From: a virus
Taxonomy: Duplodnaviria; Caudoviricetes
Virus record (IMG/VR): IMGVR_UViG_3300029288_000119
Coordinates: 29,503-93,502 of that record
Strand: one strand, 5' to 3'
DNA length: 64,000 bases
Shown here: piece after piece, positions 40,994 to 51,573 of the stretch
Position numbering within the stretch: the first letter of the stretch is position 1
How the letters are laid out: each line of letters opens with the position of its first letter
The notes under the pieces: generated by a model
Seen by the model: only the letters and a program-made list of their open reading frames with translations
Databases searched by the model: none
What the model was told of the DNA's origin: nothing
Made by a program: the position numbers and the translations under genes

Positions 40994-42783
40994 AATCCGT
41001 CCTTACAAGAATCAATACTTTGATTGGCCTCCGTATTTTCCTTACTTCTTTCTTTCCATAGCTTTTTAGCTTCCTGTAGTGACAACGGTGTTATTGGTTG
41101 ATTATCTCTGCTTCCAAGTGGATACATGGTCAAACCTTTTAATTCCGGAAAATATTGTTTTATTAATTTCTCCACTTCATTTTTTGAATGTTTATCTTTA
41201 TCTATTAATATTGTTTTTGAAATTGACTGATCAACATTTTCTTGACATATCTTTTGGATTTCAAAATGTGTTTTTAATGGAATCTCATTAAAAGACTCAA
41301 AATGCGATACGTCTTTTCCTTCTGCCATCAATTTCAAAAATATTGGGTGAAAAATAATTTCCTCCTTCATTTTGTCTTTATTTTTCTTGTCATAAAATCT
41401 TCTCTTATATGCTGGGCCGAAAATTGGTTCGATACCAGATGAACAATTACCACAAACCATGCTTATGGTTCCAGTAGGGGCTATACTCAACAAATTTGCA
41501 TTCCTGGCTCCGTGCTCTCTAAGTCTCATTTTCACACTATTTTTTAGTGTTTTAATAAAGCCACTTTTCATAAATTGTTCTTTATCATATACTTGGAACG
41601 TTCCTTTTTCTACAGCAAGATACGTACTCGTCTCTACTGCTTTGTTTTTTATAAAATCAAAAACATGTCCTATTATTTTTAATGATTCTTCAGAAGCATA
41701 TTTTTGATTCATAAGCAGTAACATATCATGTAATCCAGTAATTCCGAGTCCAATTTTTCTGGTTTTTATTGATTCTTCTTCAATCTCTTTTAGTGGGTAT
41801 TGTGTTATAGATATGATGTTATCTAAAAATCGCACCGCCACTCTTACTGCATAATCAAGCTTATCCCAATTTATTTTTCCATTATTAACAAATCGTGACA
41901 AAACAACACTGCCTAACACGCAACTTCCGAATGGATGGCTTGATAATTCTCCGCAGGCATTTGTTCCAACAATCTGCTTGTAATAATATAATGTATTCAT
42001 GTCATTCGCATATTTTAAATTAAATAATCCTGGTTCCCCATTTTCATATGCATTTGACAGGATTTTGTTCCATAATTCTCTAGCTTTAATTTTCTTTAAT
42101 TCAGATCCACGCCAAATTAACGAAAAATCCTTATCTTTATTCACAAGATCCATAAATTCCTCAAAATCGGCATTAAAAACTATTGATATGTTCGCATTAG
42201 TTAACTGTTTTTTATCAAATTTGGCATTAAGAAATTCCTCAATGTCTCCATGATCTATATTTAACATCATCATGTGTGCACTACGTCTATTGCCACCACC
42301 ACGAATTTCCTCTGCAATTGCATTAATAATACGCATATAGGCAACAGCACCTTGGGCTTCGCCTCCCGTTCCAGCAACAGGGGTCCCCTTGGGTCTTATT
42401 TTTGAATAATTAATCCCTATCCCACCTCCGACACCAGAAACAATTATTGAGTCAGAGCAGGTTTTACCCCATCCTTCCCGGCTATCTTCGACATCAAGAA
42501 CAAAACAATTAATTAAATTGCTTTTTGGTCTGCCAGCGCCAAACCAGATCCTTCCACCTGGACAAAATCTATTTGACACAATTTCTTTATAAAATTTCTG
42601 TTGCCATTCATCTCTTTTTTCTGGTTTCTCGGCGGCGGCTACGGTTCGTGCAAGCCGCATACACGCTTCATCCCATGTTTCGTTCTCGGTAAACGCATAT
42701 CTCTGTTTAAAAATATCCAGAGATATTCCCTGTGGTTCATATTTATCAATTAATTCTGTTTGATCAATAACTTGATTTGTCAT
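40981..42783 (-). CDS. nrdJ: ribonucleotide reductase, class II (B12-dependent) type
   Basis: PGGRI..NCFVL, GGGIG, TNACGE, CVLGS, IAPTGTIS, DQSISKT, C-terminal CKDGLCEI; no beta subunit nearby; AAGGAGG SD. Confidence 0.85.
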   Translation of the reverse strand: MTNQVIDQTELIDKYEPQGISLDIFKQRYAFTENETWDEACMRLARTVAAAEKPEKRDEWQQKFYKEIVSNRFCPGGRIWFGAGRPKSNLINCFVLDVEDSREGWGKTCSDSIIVSGVGGGIGINYSKIRPKGTPVAGTGGEAQGAVAYMRIINAIAEEIRGGGNRRSAHMMMLNIDHGDIEEFLNAKFDKKQLTNANISIVFNADFEEFMDLVNKDKDFSLIWRGSELKKIKARELWNKILSNAYENGEPGLFNLKYANDMNTLYYYKQIVGTNACGELSSHPFGSCVLGSVVLSRFVNNGKINWDKLDYAVRVAVRFLDNIISITQYPLKEIEEESIKTRKIGLGITGLHDMLLLMNQKYASEESLKIIGHVFDFIKNKAVETSTYLAVEKGTFQVYDKEQFMKSGFIKTLKNSVKMRLREHGARNANLLSIAPTGTISMVCGNCSSGIEPIFGPAYKRRFYDKKNKDKMKEEIIFHPIFLKLMAEGKDVSHFESFNEIPLKTHFEIQKICQENVDQSISKTILIDKDKHSKNEVEKLIKQYFPELKGLTMYPLGSRDNQPITPLSLQEAKKLWKERSKENTEANQSIDSCKDGLCEI

Positions 42784-42794
42784 ACATTCCTCCT

Positions 42795-44138
42795 TCATTT
42801 TTGTTTTTTCACTGATTCCCATAATAATTGAGCATTTTTCTGTTTGGTTGGCAGCATCACGGGTTCGTCACCAATTATTTCAATCTTAGAACGTGATGTG
42901 TCAACCTCAACATTGTATATCATTCCTGACATGCCCGAACGATTTTTTGGTATGTAAAAGCGTCCCATACCATGAGCGATGTCGGATATCGTTCTAGACA
43001 ATGATATAATCGTATCAGAAACTGCAGCTTTTAAATAAGCCTCAGCAATACTTTCCATTGTAATAATATCAGCATCGGCAGCTTCTCTCGTAGCTTGTGA
43101 TGCGGTTAATACCGGAACATCAAAATCAACAGCAATGCCACGTAAATCTTCATAAATAGATTCTAATTCAAATCTTTTATCCTTCTTAGACAATGCCGGT
43201 TTCATTAAATCAGCATAATCAACAATAATCATGTCTGGAATAAAACCCTGCAATTTCATCTTGGCAAGGTGATTACGTATTGTTCCGCATGATGCCTGCT
43301 TTGTTGGATATTCCTTAATGATTAAACGATTTTGTGCATATTTATTAATACGCTCCCATACTTGATCCGGATATTTTTTGAGATCATCAAATGCTATGTC
43401 AGAAAAATTTGAATCATACCTAAGAGCAGTTTTTTGTTCACTCAATTCGAGTGTATAATGTGCAACTTTATATCCACCCTTAATTGCAGATATTCCACTC
43501 TGTACTAATAAGTGTGACTTGCCACGTGTTACACATGCTAGAAATACATGTAATTCTTTTGCTGCGAATCCACCACCATTGTTCATTATTCTATTTATTG
43601 GTTCCCACGGTGTTGGAATAGACTTAATTGCCGATATCTTCATGCGATCATTAAAACTATCATGATTGAAATATTCAAGCCCTATATTCTTATCAAACCC
43701 CAACAGCACGCTTTTTTTGATTACTTCAATTATTTCATCATATTTAGAATAATTTATCATCTCAGCAGCTTTTAATAGAGCTACCTTTAAATTTTGTTTT
43801 CTGCAAAAATCAAGAGATTTATCTTTAACAAATTCAATATCTTCAAATTTCTCTTTTAATATGTTGTTCTTAAATGAGTCAACAAATAATTTTAATTGTT
43901 TTTTTGATATTTCATCCGGGACATCAACAATAAGGGTTTGCAACACATCAATACTTGGAATGTGATTATATTTGACATAATAATCTTTGATTATCTGCAA
44001 TATATCACGATGATGTTTTATATCAACCGAATTAAAGTCAATTATTTCTATAATTTGCTCAGCAAATTGTCTATCTATTAATATTGCGTGAATTAGTTTC
44101 TGTTGAAAATGCTCCCCAAATTCATTGATATTATTCAC
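42795..44138 (-). CDS. replicative DnaB/gp41-like helicase
   Basis: Walker A ACVTRGKS, YTLELSE, IKEYPT, IIVDYADLM, TASQATR, KNRSG. Confidence 0.9.
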   Translation of the reverse strand: MNNINEFGEHFQQKLIHAILIDRQFAEQIIEIIDFNSVDIKHHRDILQIIKDYYVKYNHIPSIDVLQTLIVDVPDEISKKQLKLFVDSFKNNILKEKFEDIEFVKDKSLDFCRKQNLKVALLKAAEMINYSKYDEIIEVIKKSVLLGFDKNIGLEYFNHDSFNDRMKISAIKSIPTPWEPINRIMNNGGGFAAKELHVFLACVTRGKSHLLVQSGISAIKGGYKVAHYTLELSEQKTALRYDSNFSDIAFDDLKKYPDQVWERINKYAQNRLIIKEYPTKQASCGTIRNHLAKMKLQGFIPDMIIVDYADLMKPALSKKDKRFELESIYEDLRGIAVDFDVPVLTASQATREAADADIITMESIAEAYLKAAVSDTIISLSRTISDIAHGMGRFYIPKNRSGMSGMIYNVEVDTSRSKIEIIGDEPVMLPTKQKNAQLLWESVKKQK

Positions 44139-45120
44139 TCACCACACCTCCATTATTAGTTGATTTAGATAAATAATTTAGGCTATTCATAACTTGAATT
44201 AATTTTTCTATGTCGATACCTTGTAAATCGTCACTGGCCAGAATTCGAAGAGCAATTGGTTCAAACATTGGTATTTTACACATATCGGTTTTAATTGTTT
44301 GTATCTGACTATTTGTAATTATTGATTCGACCAACTGAGTCACATTATAACATTTCATTAACGAATCTTGTTGATCTATAAATTTTTGATACGATTTAGA
44401 AAGTTTTGATTTTGCTTCAATTTGTTGGCTAGCATAAGTAATCACATCAGCAACTGTATATCTTTCCTGATTCGCCAAAAATGGTAACAATTTAATAATG
44501 TTGGAAGGACCAACACCTAATACTCCTTTAATATTGTCTGATTTATCGCCAACAATTGCCCTAAACAATGGAAAATTTGGAATGCCAATACCGTATTTTT
44601 TCTGGACCGCTATCAAATTTACATATGCTCTTTTTAATGGATCAAAACAAATGGTTTTTCCGTCCAATAGCTGATAAAAATCTTTATCACTCGACACAAT
44701 TATTTTCTGTTTGTCTTTATTTAATGCACATAATACAGATATAACATCATCTGCTTCAACATATTCATATTCCATTTGTATAACCGGAATTGTTTCTAAT
44801 ATTCTTTTTACCATTTGCAATTGAAAATTTTTATTTTGTTCTATCTCATTGTCAGTATATTCCATGCTGCGATTAGTTCTAATAAATCTTTTCCTGTGCT
44901 GTTTATATTCACTTAGAATTTTTCTTCTTTTGTATCCGCCATTCGGCCCATCCCAACACATAAAAATTTTGGTTGGCATCATCTGCATTGACCAGTATAA
45001 CAAATTATTAATTAATCCATGAACGCCACCGGTTGGTTCACCATTGACATTAGTCGTTCCTTGAACAACAAAATTCCGCAAAAAATTATTTGTAGCATCA
45101 ACAAGCATGATTCTATCCAT
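44131..45120 (-). CDS. 5'-3' exonuclease / T4 RNase H-like
   Basis: LVDATN, CWDG, YKQHR, EADDVI, SSDKDFYQL, GDKSDNIKGVLGVG. Confidence 0.9.
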   Translation of the reverse strand: MDRIMLVDATNNFLRNFVVQGTTNVNGEPTGGVHGLINNLLYWSMQMMPTKIFMCWDGPNGGYKRRKILSEYKQHRKRFIRTNRSMEYTDNEIEQNKNFQLQMVKRILETIPVIQMEYEYVEADDVISVLCALNKDKQKIIVSSDKDFYQLLDGKTICFDPLKRAYVNLIAVQKKYGIGIPNFPLFRAIVGDKSDNIKGVLGVGPSNIIKLLPFLANQERYTVADVITYASQQIEAKSKLSKSYQKFIDQQDSLMKCYNVTQLVESIITNSQIQTIKTDMCKIPMFEPIALRILASDDLQGIDIEKLIQVMNSLNYLSKSTNNGGVVSE

Positions 45121-45169
45121 GCATCACCTCTTGATACAAATAGTTTACATCAAAATTTAAAAATTGAAT

Positions 45170-46300
45170 TTATTTCTTTTTCTCAATCGCACCAATATTT
45201 GCCATCGCTTTTGCAATTAAATCTTTTTTATCGTCATCATCAAAATTATCAACATCATATTTTTCCATCAAATCGGAAACAATCTGTTCAATTTGTGTTT
45301 TAAGGGGCTTCCATTCTTTTTCATAATTTAATAATGTATTAACAATTTCGTCGTGGATTTCTTCTTCTTTTGTTAATCCAGCAGGGAGAGTATTTACATC
45401 TATAGCATTTAATGCTTGTTTTAATACATTTTCGATTTCATCAATTGGAATACCCAAAATTTTATTTAATAACTTCGCATTATAACTTATTGGATCTTTA
45501 CCTTTTGTTTTATCTTTGTCTATGTGTTTAATATTTTTTACCAATAATTGTAATAATGCCTTGGCTGCCTGACTCACATCAATATTTTGAATTGATGTTA
45601 TAAATTTTTCTTTTTCAACTTTGGGTAATTTACTAAATAATTGATCGTACTCCGTCATCATTTGGGCAATCATTTCGGTATTACCAACTCGTTTGCCAAA
45701 ATCAATACGATGCAAATTTCCCTCGATTCCTATAGCATTAGCCGCTTTCTTAGCAACTTGCGATGCGTCCTCGTCAACTTCTCCCAATAATGAATCAAGA
45801 TTTTGTTCTACCAATTTGCCAAAGTATTCACGCAATTTTTGTTCACTACCCTTAGCAACACCCAATGCTCTTTTCATAATCTGATTATATTGATCGGCAC
45901 CCAGTTCAGCAAAAAATTGAAATTCATCACCAAGATTTTTTAATATCTCTTTTGAAAGATTAATTTGTCCCACACCACCAAGATATTTTTGAGCTAATAA
46001 CTTTGTTACATTCTGCAGGGTTAACCCGTAAACATTTTTATTCACCCATTGTTCAAATTCCGCTGGATCTGGTTTTATTTGGAATTCTGTAAAAAATGCA
46101 TTAATCTTATTTTTTATTTGATCCCACTCTTGGACTCGCTCTTCATCGGTTTTTTTAGCGCCACCTTTAGCGGTGCGAAACCATGCATTTTTTGCTTTGT
46201 CAAATATTTTAAGTGTTTTATTGCCGGCCCATTTTTTGGCAGCTTGAGCCGCTTTTTTTAACAATTGTTCATTAACAATAATTGGTGCTATTTTAATCAT
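45170..46300 (-). CDS. helical leader-bearing protein (putative virion protein)
   Basis: MIKIAPIIVNEQ; ATAATTA upstream. Confidence 0.55.
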   Translation of the reverse strand: MIKIAPIIVNEQLLKKAAQAAKKWAGNKTLKIFDKAKNAWFRTAKGGAKKTDEERVQEWDQIKNKINAFFTEFQIKPDPAEFEQWVNKNVYGLTLQNVTKLLAQKYLGGVGQINLSKEILKNLGDEFQFFAELGADQYNQIMKRALGVAKGSEQKLREYFGKLVEQNLDSLLGEVDEDASQVAKKAANAIGIEGNLHRIDFGKRVGNTEMIAQMMTEYDQLFSKLPKVEKEKFITSIQNIDVSQAAKALLQLLVKNIKHIDKDKTKGKDPISYNAKLLNKILGIPIDEIENVLKQALNAIDVNTLPAGLTKEEEIHDEIVNTLLNYEKEWKPLKTQIEQIVSDLMEKYDVDNFDDDDKKDLIAKAMANIGAIEKKK

Positions 46301-46365
46301 CTACCATAATTATTCCGTGAATTATTTCATGGACAATATAATTAAAAAAGGAGACAGAAATAGAA

Positions 46366-46734
46366 ATGGCCAAAATTTATAAAATTACCCTCAATGAACT
46401 AAGAAAACTAATGGAAGGACCAAAAATTAAATCAAAAATCGACGATAATGTCTATCAACCACTAAAGGAATTTCTTTCCGATTGGTATAATAATGATCAG
46501 AAAATGAAAACATGGGATGACAATTTCTTAAATATTCGTGGTGGTCTACAATGGTTTGCTAATGTTACCGGATATAATGCCAGAGATTTCGCGGAAGATA
46601 GTGGATGGTTATGGGATGTTACCAAAGATTTTCTAAATGATGATATTTATTTTTTACCAATTAAACAACAAAAGATGATTTATAATGTTTTTACTGGTAA
46701 AGAACAATTATCAAAAATTAAACATTTATTTTAG
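46366..46734 (+). CDS. KIYKITLNE leader-bearing hypothetical protein
   Basis: MAKIYKITLNELRKLME; ATAATTA plus AAGGAG upstream. Confidence 0.6.
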   Translation: MAKIYKITLNELRKLMEGPKIKSKIDDNVYQPLKEFLSDWYNNDQKMKTWDDNFLNIRGGLQWFANVTGYNARDFAEDSGWLWDVTKDFLNDDIYFLPIKQQKMIYNVFTGKEQLSKIKHLF

Positions 46735-47066
46735 AGTCTTTTGCGTAAAACAACGACACCCTTCATATTCTTGGGCGTATAAGTTCGATAGTTTTCCCTA
46801 AGTCTGGGATTGTTAACAATTAAATTTTGATAAACATCAAGTGGCGTTATATTTTTGAATGTGTATTGTGGTTTATCTGCCGTTCTTTTTTCATAAACAT
46901 AGTCTCTTATCTGGCCGATTTCCTGTTCGTTTAAATTGTGAATAGCAATTCCATGACACTTTCCCTGCCAATTAGGATGAACTACAAAAACACGCGGGTG
47001 TTTTGTATGTGCTCTAGGACCCCAATAAGTGAAGGCTATTACATTTCCAGCCGAATAAAGCGCCAT
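46731..47066 (-). CDS. possible T4 gp2-like DNA end-protector
   Basis: F.Y..PRVFVV..HGIAIHNL..YRTY pattern; weak. Confidence 0.35.
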   Translation of the reverse strand: MALYSAGNVIAFTYWGPRAHTKHPRVFVVHPNWQGKCHGIAIHNLNEQEIGQIRDYVYEKRTADKPQYTFKNITPLDVYQNLIVNNPRLRENYRTYTPKNMKGVVVLRKRL

Positions 47067-47081
47067 AATAATATCCTCCTT

Positions 47082-48275
47082 TTATCCGTCTAATTTTTCC
47101 GCAATTTCTTCATTTTCCTCAATCTCAGCCGCCAATGCTTTCATTTCTAAATCTGATTCCGGATTTATGTCCATATGTTTCATTTTCTCTTCATCTGAGG
47201 CTGTATATTTTATAATAATTGATTCTTCAAGTTCATTTAAACACTGTACCTTAAATGATTCATCTAGCCACAATTGATCCCAGCCTTTTCTACCGGCAAA
47301 CTTTTTGTCACCCATATGATACCAAGATCCTTTTGTCTCTATTTTTTTGATATCTTTAAAATATTCCATTATGGAACCGGAATCATCTATTCCCTCATTA
47401 AATAATATATTGAAATTACAAGTTCTAAATGGTGGTGACACCCTACTTTTAATTATTTTGGCCTCACAACCAATACCAATGACATCTTCTAATTTCTTTA
47501 CTAATCCCCTTTTCGACAATTTAATTCTTAATGATGAATGGAATGGAATTGCTTTACCACCATATGTTGCCGACATGGGATCACCAAATTTTACCCCGAT
47601 ACTAGTTTTCAATTGATTAGTAAATACCGCTATTATTCTGCTTTCTCCTATCTCTTTTGTAAGTTTACGCATTGCTTTTGAAATTATTTTAGCAGCTTCT
47701 GCAATAGATTCTTTCGGATCAAACGTGCCCTCTATCTCCGCTTTTGTTGGCGTCCCGGCAACGGAATCCCAAATCAATGCCACCGGAATGTCATCATTTG
47801 ACTCCCGTACACGTTTTACGATTTCTTCCATGGTTTCCAATACATTTTCCATGGTTCCGGGTTGCGCATAAATCATTTTGTCGATATCAACGCCAACTCT
47901 CTCACAAAATTTTGCATCAAGAGCACTTTCTGTATCAATGTACGCAACCAATCCACCCTTTTTTTGGACATTCGCGGCAATATGCTGGCACAATAAACTT
48001 TTCCCGGTGCTTTCTTGTCCGAAAATTTCTATTATTTTCCCAACTGGTATGCCACCATTACGAATATTTGAACATATATAATCAAGTAACGTACTACCGG
48101 TTGATATCCACTCGCGAACATCGGTTGGTGATTCCTTACCCAACTCATATACTATTGCTTCTTTAAATTTGGAATTTATTACTTTTGTTAAAATACTTTT
48201 TAACTGCAATACTGATGCAGTCTTAGCCGCTTCGTCATCCTTTTTTAAGGATTTAGATGGTACTTTGATAGCCAT
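47082..48275 (-). CDS. recA: RecA/UvsX recombinase
   Basis: ISTGS..LD, IEIFGQESTGKS, YIDTE.ALD, IWDSVA, FTNQL, GGKAIPFHSSLRI. Confidence 0.92.
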   Translation of the reverse strand: MAIKVPSKSLKKDDEAAKTASVLQLKSILTKVINSKFKEAIVYELGKESPTDVREWISTGSTLLDYICSNIRNGGIPVGKIIEIFGQESTGKSLLCQHIAANVQKKGGLVAYIDTESALDAKFCERVGVDIDKMIYAQPGTMENVLETMEEIVKRVRESNDDIPVALIWDSVAGTPTKAEIEGTFDPKESIAEAAKIISKAMRKLTKEIGESRIIAVFTNQLKTSIGVKFGDPMSATYGGKAIPFHSSLRIKLSKRGLVKKLEDVIGIGCEAKIIKSRVSPPFRTCNFNILFNEGIDDSGSIMEYFKDIKKIETKGSWYHMGDKKFAGRKGWDQLWLDESFKVQCLNELEESIIIKYTASDEEKMKHMDINPESDLEMKALAAEIEENEEIAEKLDG

Positions 48276-48342
48276 GAAATCTCCCTTATATCAATTGGTT
48301 GAAACTGTGTAAGGCGGCGAAAAAGGAAGGAAAATAAAACAT

Positions 48343-49122
48343 TTATTCATTAACAATCTTAGATATCTCTTCAAATGCACTATCTGGCGATTCCGTAGTA
48401 GCAACAGCGGCGACAACCGGTTCTGTCGATTCAGGCTCTGTATCAGATTCCGGCGCAAATTCTACTGATTTAATCCATTCTTCGACAACTTTTGACATTT
48501 CTTCCGGTTCAAGAATTCTAAAATCGGCAGAAATATCTGGAACAGATTCTATTATTTTCTTTGTCTCATCGGCTGTAGCAAGCGGTATCGATTTTCTTCG
48601 TGGAGTAACAATAGTGGAATCAAATTCACCCTTTGTTTTTGCTTTTTTATATACTATGTCAAGATCTGTTCCATTTTCCGGATCAGAAATATCACCATAA
48701 TCGGGATTCTTACAGATATTAATTATGTTCTCATACACTTTTTTAGAGAATGACCACCATTTTGGTTCTGCATTCCCCTGAGCACCAAATCTATTGCTAT
48801 CATCAAACGATACTTCAACAATTGGTGTGGCTATACGCAATTGTGCCTTAAGTTTGCCAGCCGTGGCTTTGTCGCCATTTTGAAACAATTTTATTCTTAA
48901 TTGACAAATTGGGCATTTTTTATTAATTGTTGATAGGCACACAACTGGTCCATTTGGATCTACCCCATAGTGTATCATATGCTCCAGAAATTGCGGTTCA
49001 TGGGGAACTATTCTGATACGATGTTCAGTTTTTGGACGCCAGTAATTGCTCTTTTTGGTAAACATCTTACCAGTCGTTATTTGTTGTAATTTCTCTTCAA
49101 TTTTTTTGATGTCTATTGGCAT
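48343..49122 (-). CDS. single-stranded DNA-binding protein (gp32-like)
   Basis: YWRP..RIRIVP, C..CPIC, DYGDISDPENGTDL, acidic C-terminal tail; next to recA. Confidence 0.75.
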   Translation of the reverse strand: MPIDIKKIEEKLQQITTGKMFTKKSNYWRPKTEHRIRIVPHEPQFLEHMIHYGVDPNGPVVCLSTINKKCPICQLRIKLFQNGDKATAGKLKAQLRIATPIVEVSFDDSNRFGAQGNAEPKWWSFSKKVYENIINICKNPDYGDISDPENGTDLDIVYKKAKTKGEFDSTIVTPRRKSIPLATADETKKIIESVPDISADFRILEPEEMSKVVEEWIKSVEFAPESDTEPESTEPVVAAVATTESPDSAFEEISKIVNE

Positions 49123-49126
49123 TCTA

Positions 49127-49612
49127 TTACTCCTTTTCGGTTGTGTTGGTATTTACAACCCTTGGGCTAACAACGTCAACCAAATCTAATTCAACCACGG
49201 CCAGAACCTTATTGTTACTATCTTTGTTTTCTTTTTGCATCACAATTAGTGAATCTTTATAATTTGCCCAATTGATTTTAAACTGTTTTGGGTCAACTCC
49301 ATCGGTAGTAGCGCCATCGGAAATCAGTTTGTTAAGGGCATTTAGTGAATATAGTGTATTCGTTGATTTATATCTATGTATTTGCAGCGTATTCTTTGGA
49401 AAATCATAATCCTTCGATGAATCAACATTGTATGTTATGATAACTTTATTCGGATCATTCTTTGCTTTAAATATAAATATCTCACTCTTTATATCAAAAG
49501 CATTTACGATGCTAGATAATGTCTTAGCTAATACAAATTTTTTGGCATTAGCGAAGGTACATAGCAACATCACATTTTTACGAACTCTGTTTTCTTGATT
49601 CACTGCATCCAT
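49127..49612 (-). CDS. conserved-type phage replication-cluster protein
   Basis: LLCTF..ITYNV..IHR.K.TNTLYSLNALN. Confidence 0.5.
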   Translation of the reverse strand: MDAVNQENRVRKNVMLLCTFANAKKFVLAKTLSSIVNAFDIKSEIFIFKAKNDPNKVIITYNVDSSKDYDFPKNTLQIHRYKSTNTLYSLNALNKLISDGATTDGVDPKQFKINWANYKDSLIVMQKENKDSNNKVLAVVELDLVDVVSPRVVNTNTTEKE

Positions 49613-49627
49613 TGTTAACCTCTCCTT

Positions 49628-50797
49628 CTATTTTGACTCGTTGTATATATTGGTGTGTTTAGAATCTCTAATAAATTTTCTAAGTGATTCAATTCTACTA
49701 AGTGGTCGTTGCAGTCCAGTAATTATGTTATACACTATTATTGAATTCCCGGACTCTTGATAAATACCACGATATACCGTAGCATTTCCAGTTATGTTAG
49801 CTAACGTATCAAATCCATAATTGATAGATTCCGGCAAACCCTGTACAGTATTAAACAAAACATCGCCGCCAATAACAATTGATCCAGCGGCTTTAGCAGT
49901 ATTTAAATCAAATCCCTCTGCAAACAAAGTTTTTTCTAAATTGGCTTTAATTGATGAACCTATTGCGTATTTATCATTGTAATCTTTAACTTTGGTTGCT
50001 CCCATGATGCAGCAACCACCAACACCCATAATTTTGTTATAGTCAGCAGCATCAAAGGTCGTGTATTCCGTGTGTCTCTTTGCCATCGTATTGAACACAT
50101 TAAATAAACCAGCGATGGCTTTGTTAATCGTAGACCAATATTGTGTCATAGTGAGATTCGGATATAATTTAGCCGTTTTGTTATTGTCAACAAATATTAG
50201 TGGCGAAATATTTCCCATTTCTGCATGGTTACAAAGTGGTTCAATAACATTAAGTGCATTTTCCGCGACAACGGATGAAGCACATTCACCATCTTTAGGT
50301 ATCGCGCATATAACACCTATTCTAGAATTCACATTTTCAACACCAATATATCGTAGGTATTTCTCTACTATGCTCAAAAGAACAAAAACAGAACCACCAC
50401 CAGTCCCACCACCAGATCCAATACATACTATAACTCTGTCGCATTTTCCAAAAATTTTCTTCATTTTGTTGATAATATCTTGCTCATATTGTTTTGCAGC
50501 GGCGGCACCTTTAACCATGTCCTTACCGGCACCGTCTTCTCGATCTATTTTCATTAATATTTTCTGATCGTTCGGTACATTAATTTTTGATAGATCCGAT
50601 TCGGCAGTATTTACAACTAGACATTTCTTATATCCAAATGTGTAAAAACTTTCGGCCATGCGACTTCCGGCTTGGCCAGATCCTATAAATGCATATTGAA
50701 TTGCTCCATCATTTTCATTCTTAATACCGGCCTCTTCCTCAGCGGCTTCCGCCATTGCTTTTTCATCAATTTCCGGAATGTCAAACGAATTATTCAT
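49628..50797 (-). CDS. tubulin/FtsZ-family GTPase
   Basis: FIGSGQAGSRM, VNTAESDL, GAGKD, signature GGGTGGG, VDN, T7-like FDAADY. Confidence 0.9.
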   Translation of the reverse strand: MNNSFDIPEIDEKAMAEAAEEEAGIKNENDGAIQYAFIGSGQAGSRMAESFYTFGYKKCLVVNTAESDLSKINVPNDQKILMKIDREDGAGKDMVKGAAAAKQYEQDIINKMKKIFGKCDRVIVCIGSGGGTGGGSVFVLLSIVEKYLRYIGVENVNSRIGVICAIPKDGECASSVVAENALNVIEPLCNHAEMGNISPLIFVDNNKTAKLYPNLTMTQYWSTINKAIAGLFNVFNTMAKRHTEYTTFDAADYNKIMGVGGCCIMGATKVKDYNDKYAIGSSIKANLEKTLFAEGFDLNTAKAAGSIVIGGDVLFNTVQGLPESINYGFDTLANITGNATVYRGIYQESGNSIIVYNIITGLQRPLSRIESLRKFIRDSKHTNIYNESK

Positions 50798-51570
50798 TGT
50801 GTTTTTCCTCCTCCGATGCCTAATCCCTTTATTGCATCATCAAAATCTATCATGCCATCCGGCATGGTAGTAACTGCAGACGGCACACCATTTTTAGATT
50901 CGGGTGTTGAATCTGATTCTTCAATAATTTGTGGTAATTCGATTTCATTTTCTTTGTCGTTAACTTCTTCAGTAAGATTAACCGTTTCTTTATTCTCCTG
51001 TATTACGGACCAAATGTTAGCACAATTCAAAAGATATGTTACATCATTCCCATCGTATGAATTTCTTTTATCATTAATATTGTGTATTGCGAGATACTCA
51101 TTATATGTTAATTCGACCCCATATTTTTGTAATAAAAACAATGACAGTGTTTGTGGCGGTATGTTGTTAAATTTGTCATTTATTTTATAATTGTATCCTC
51201 TCGATTTCCAATATTCGTCATTCCCTATGTAATAACTATCCACTCCATCACCAATTTTTCCAAGATCGTGAAACAGCGATAATATGATTATCGAATCTTT
51301 GTCGCAATCCCGAATTTTTAACCCGTTTGTCAACCCAACCATGCCCTTCATAACTTGTAATGAGTGTCTAGATAATCCACCGGGAAAACATGAATTATAC
51401 TCAGATTTATACGATGCTGGTGCAGAAAAATATAAAGATGCCAAATCACTCATCATAACCGATATATTTTTCCTGCGTTTTTTGTCTAACATGTTAATCA
51501 TTTTAATAACCTTTATATAATTGCTTCTTAGATATTTTAAACGAAACGACAATTTTTGCCAGTCAGACAT
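50794..51570 (-). CDS. HD-domain phosphohydrolase
   Basis: APAS..GGLSRHSL, LFHDLGKIG, EYLAIHN. Confidence 0.75.
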   Translation of the reverse strand: MSDWQKLSFRLKYLRSNYIKVIKMINMLDKKRRKNISVMMSDLASLYFSAPASYKSEYNSCFPGGLSRHSLQVMKGMVGLTNGLKIRDCDKDSIIILSLFHDLGKIGDGVDSYYIGNDEYWKSRGYNYKINDKFNNIPPQTLSLFLLQKYGVELTYNEYLAIHNINDKRNSYDGNDVTYLLNCANIWSVIQENKETVNLTEEVNDKENEIELPQIIEESDSTPESKNGVPSAVTTMPDGMIDFDDAIKGLGIGGGKTQ

Positions 51571-51573
51571 AAA

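Noticed and set aside
43515-43545. Intein scar or dead Walker A in the helicase (ACVTRGKS)
   Set aside because: Still fits A-x4-GKS, and all other helicase motifs are intact.
50794-51570. DatZ dATPase
   Set aside because: The motif layout (APAS..GGL..H..HDLGK) is the generic phage/YhaM-like HD type, and it lies 22 kb from purZ; orthology is not supported.
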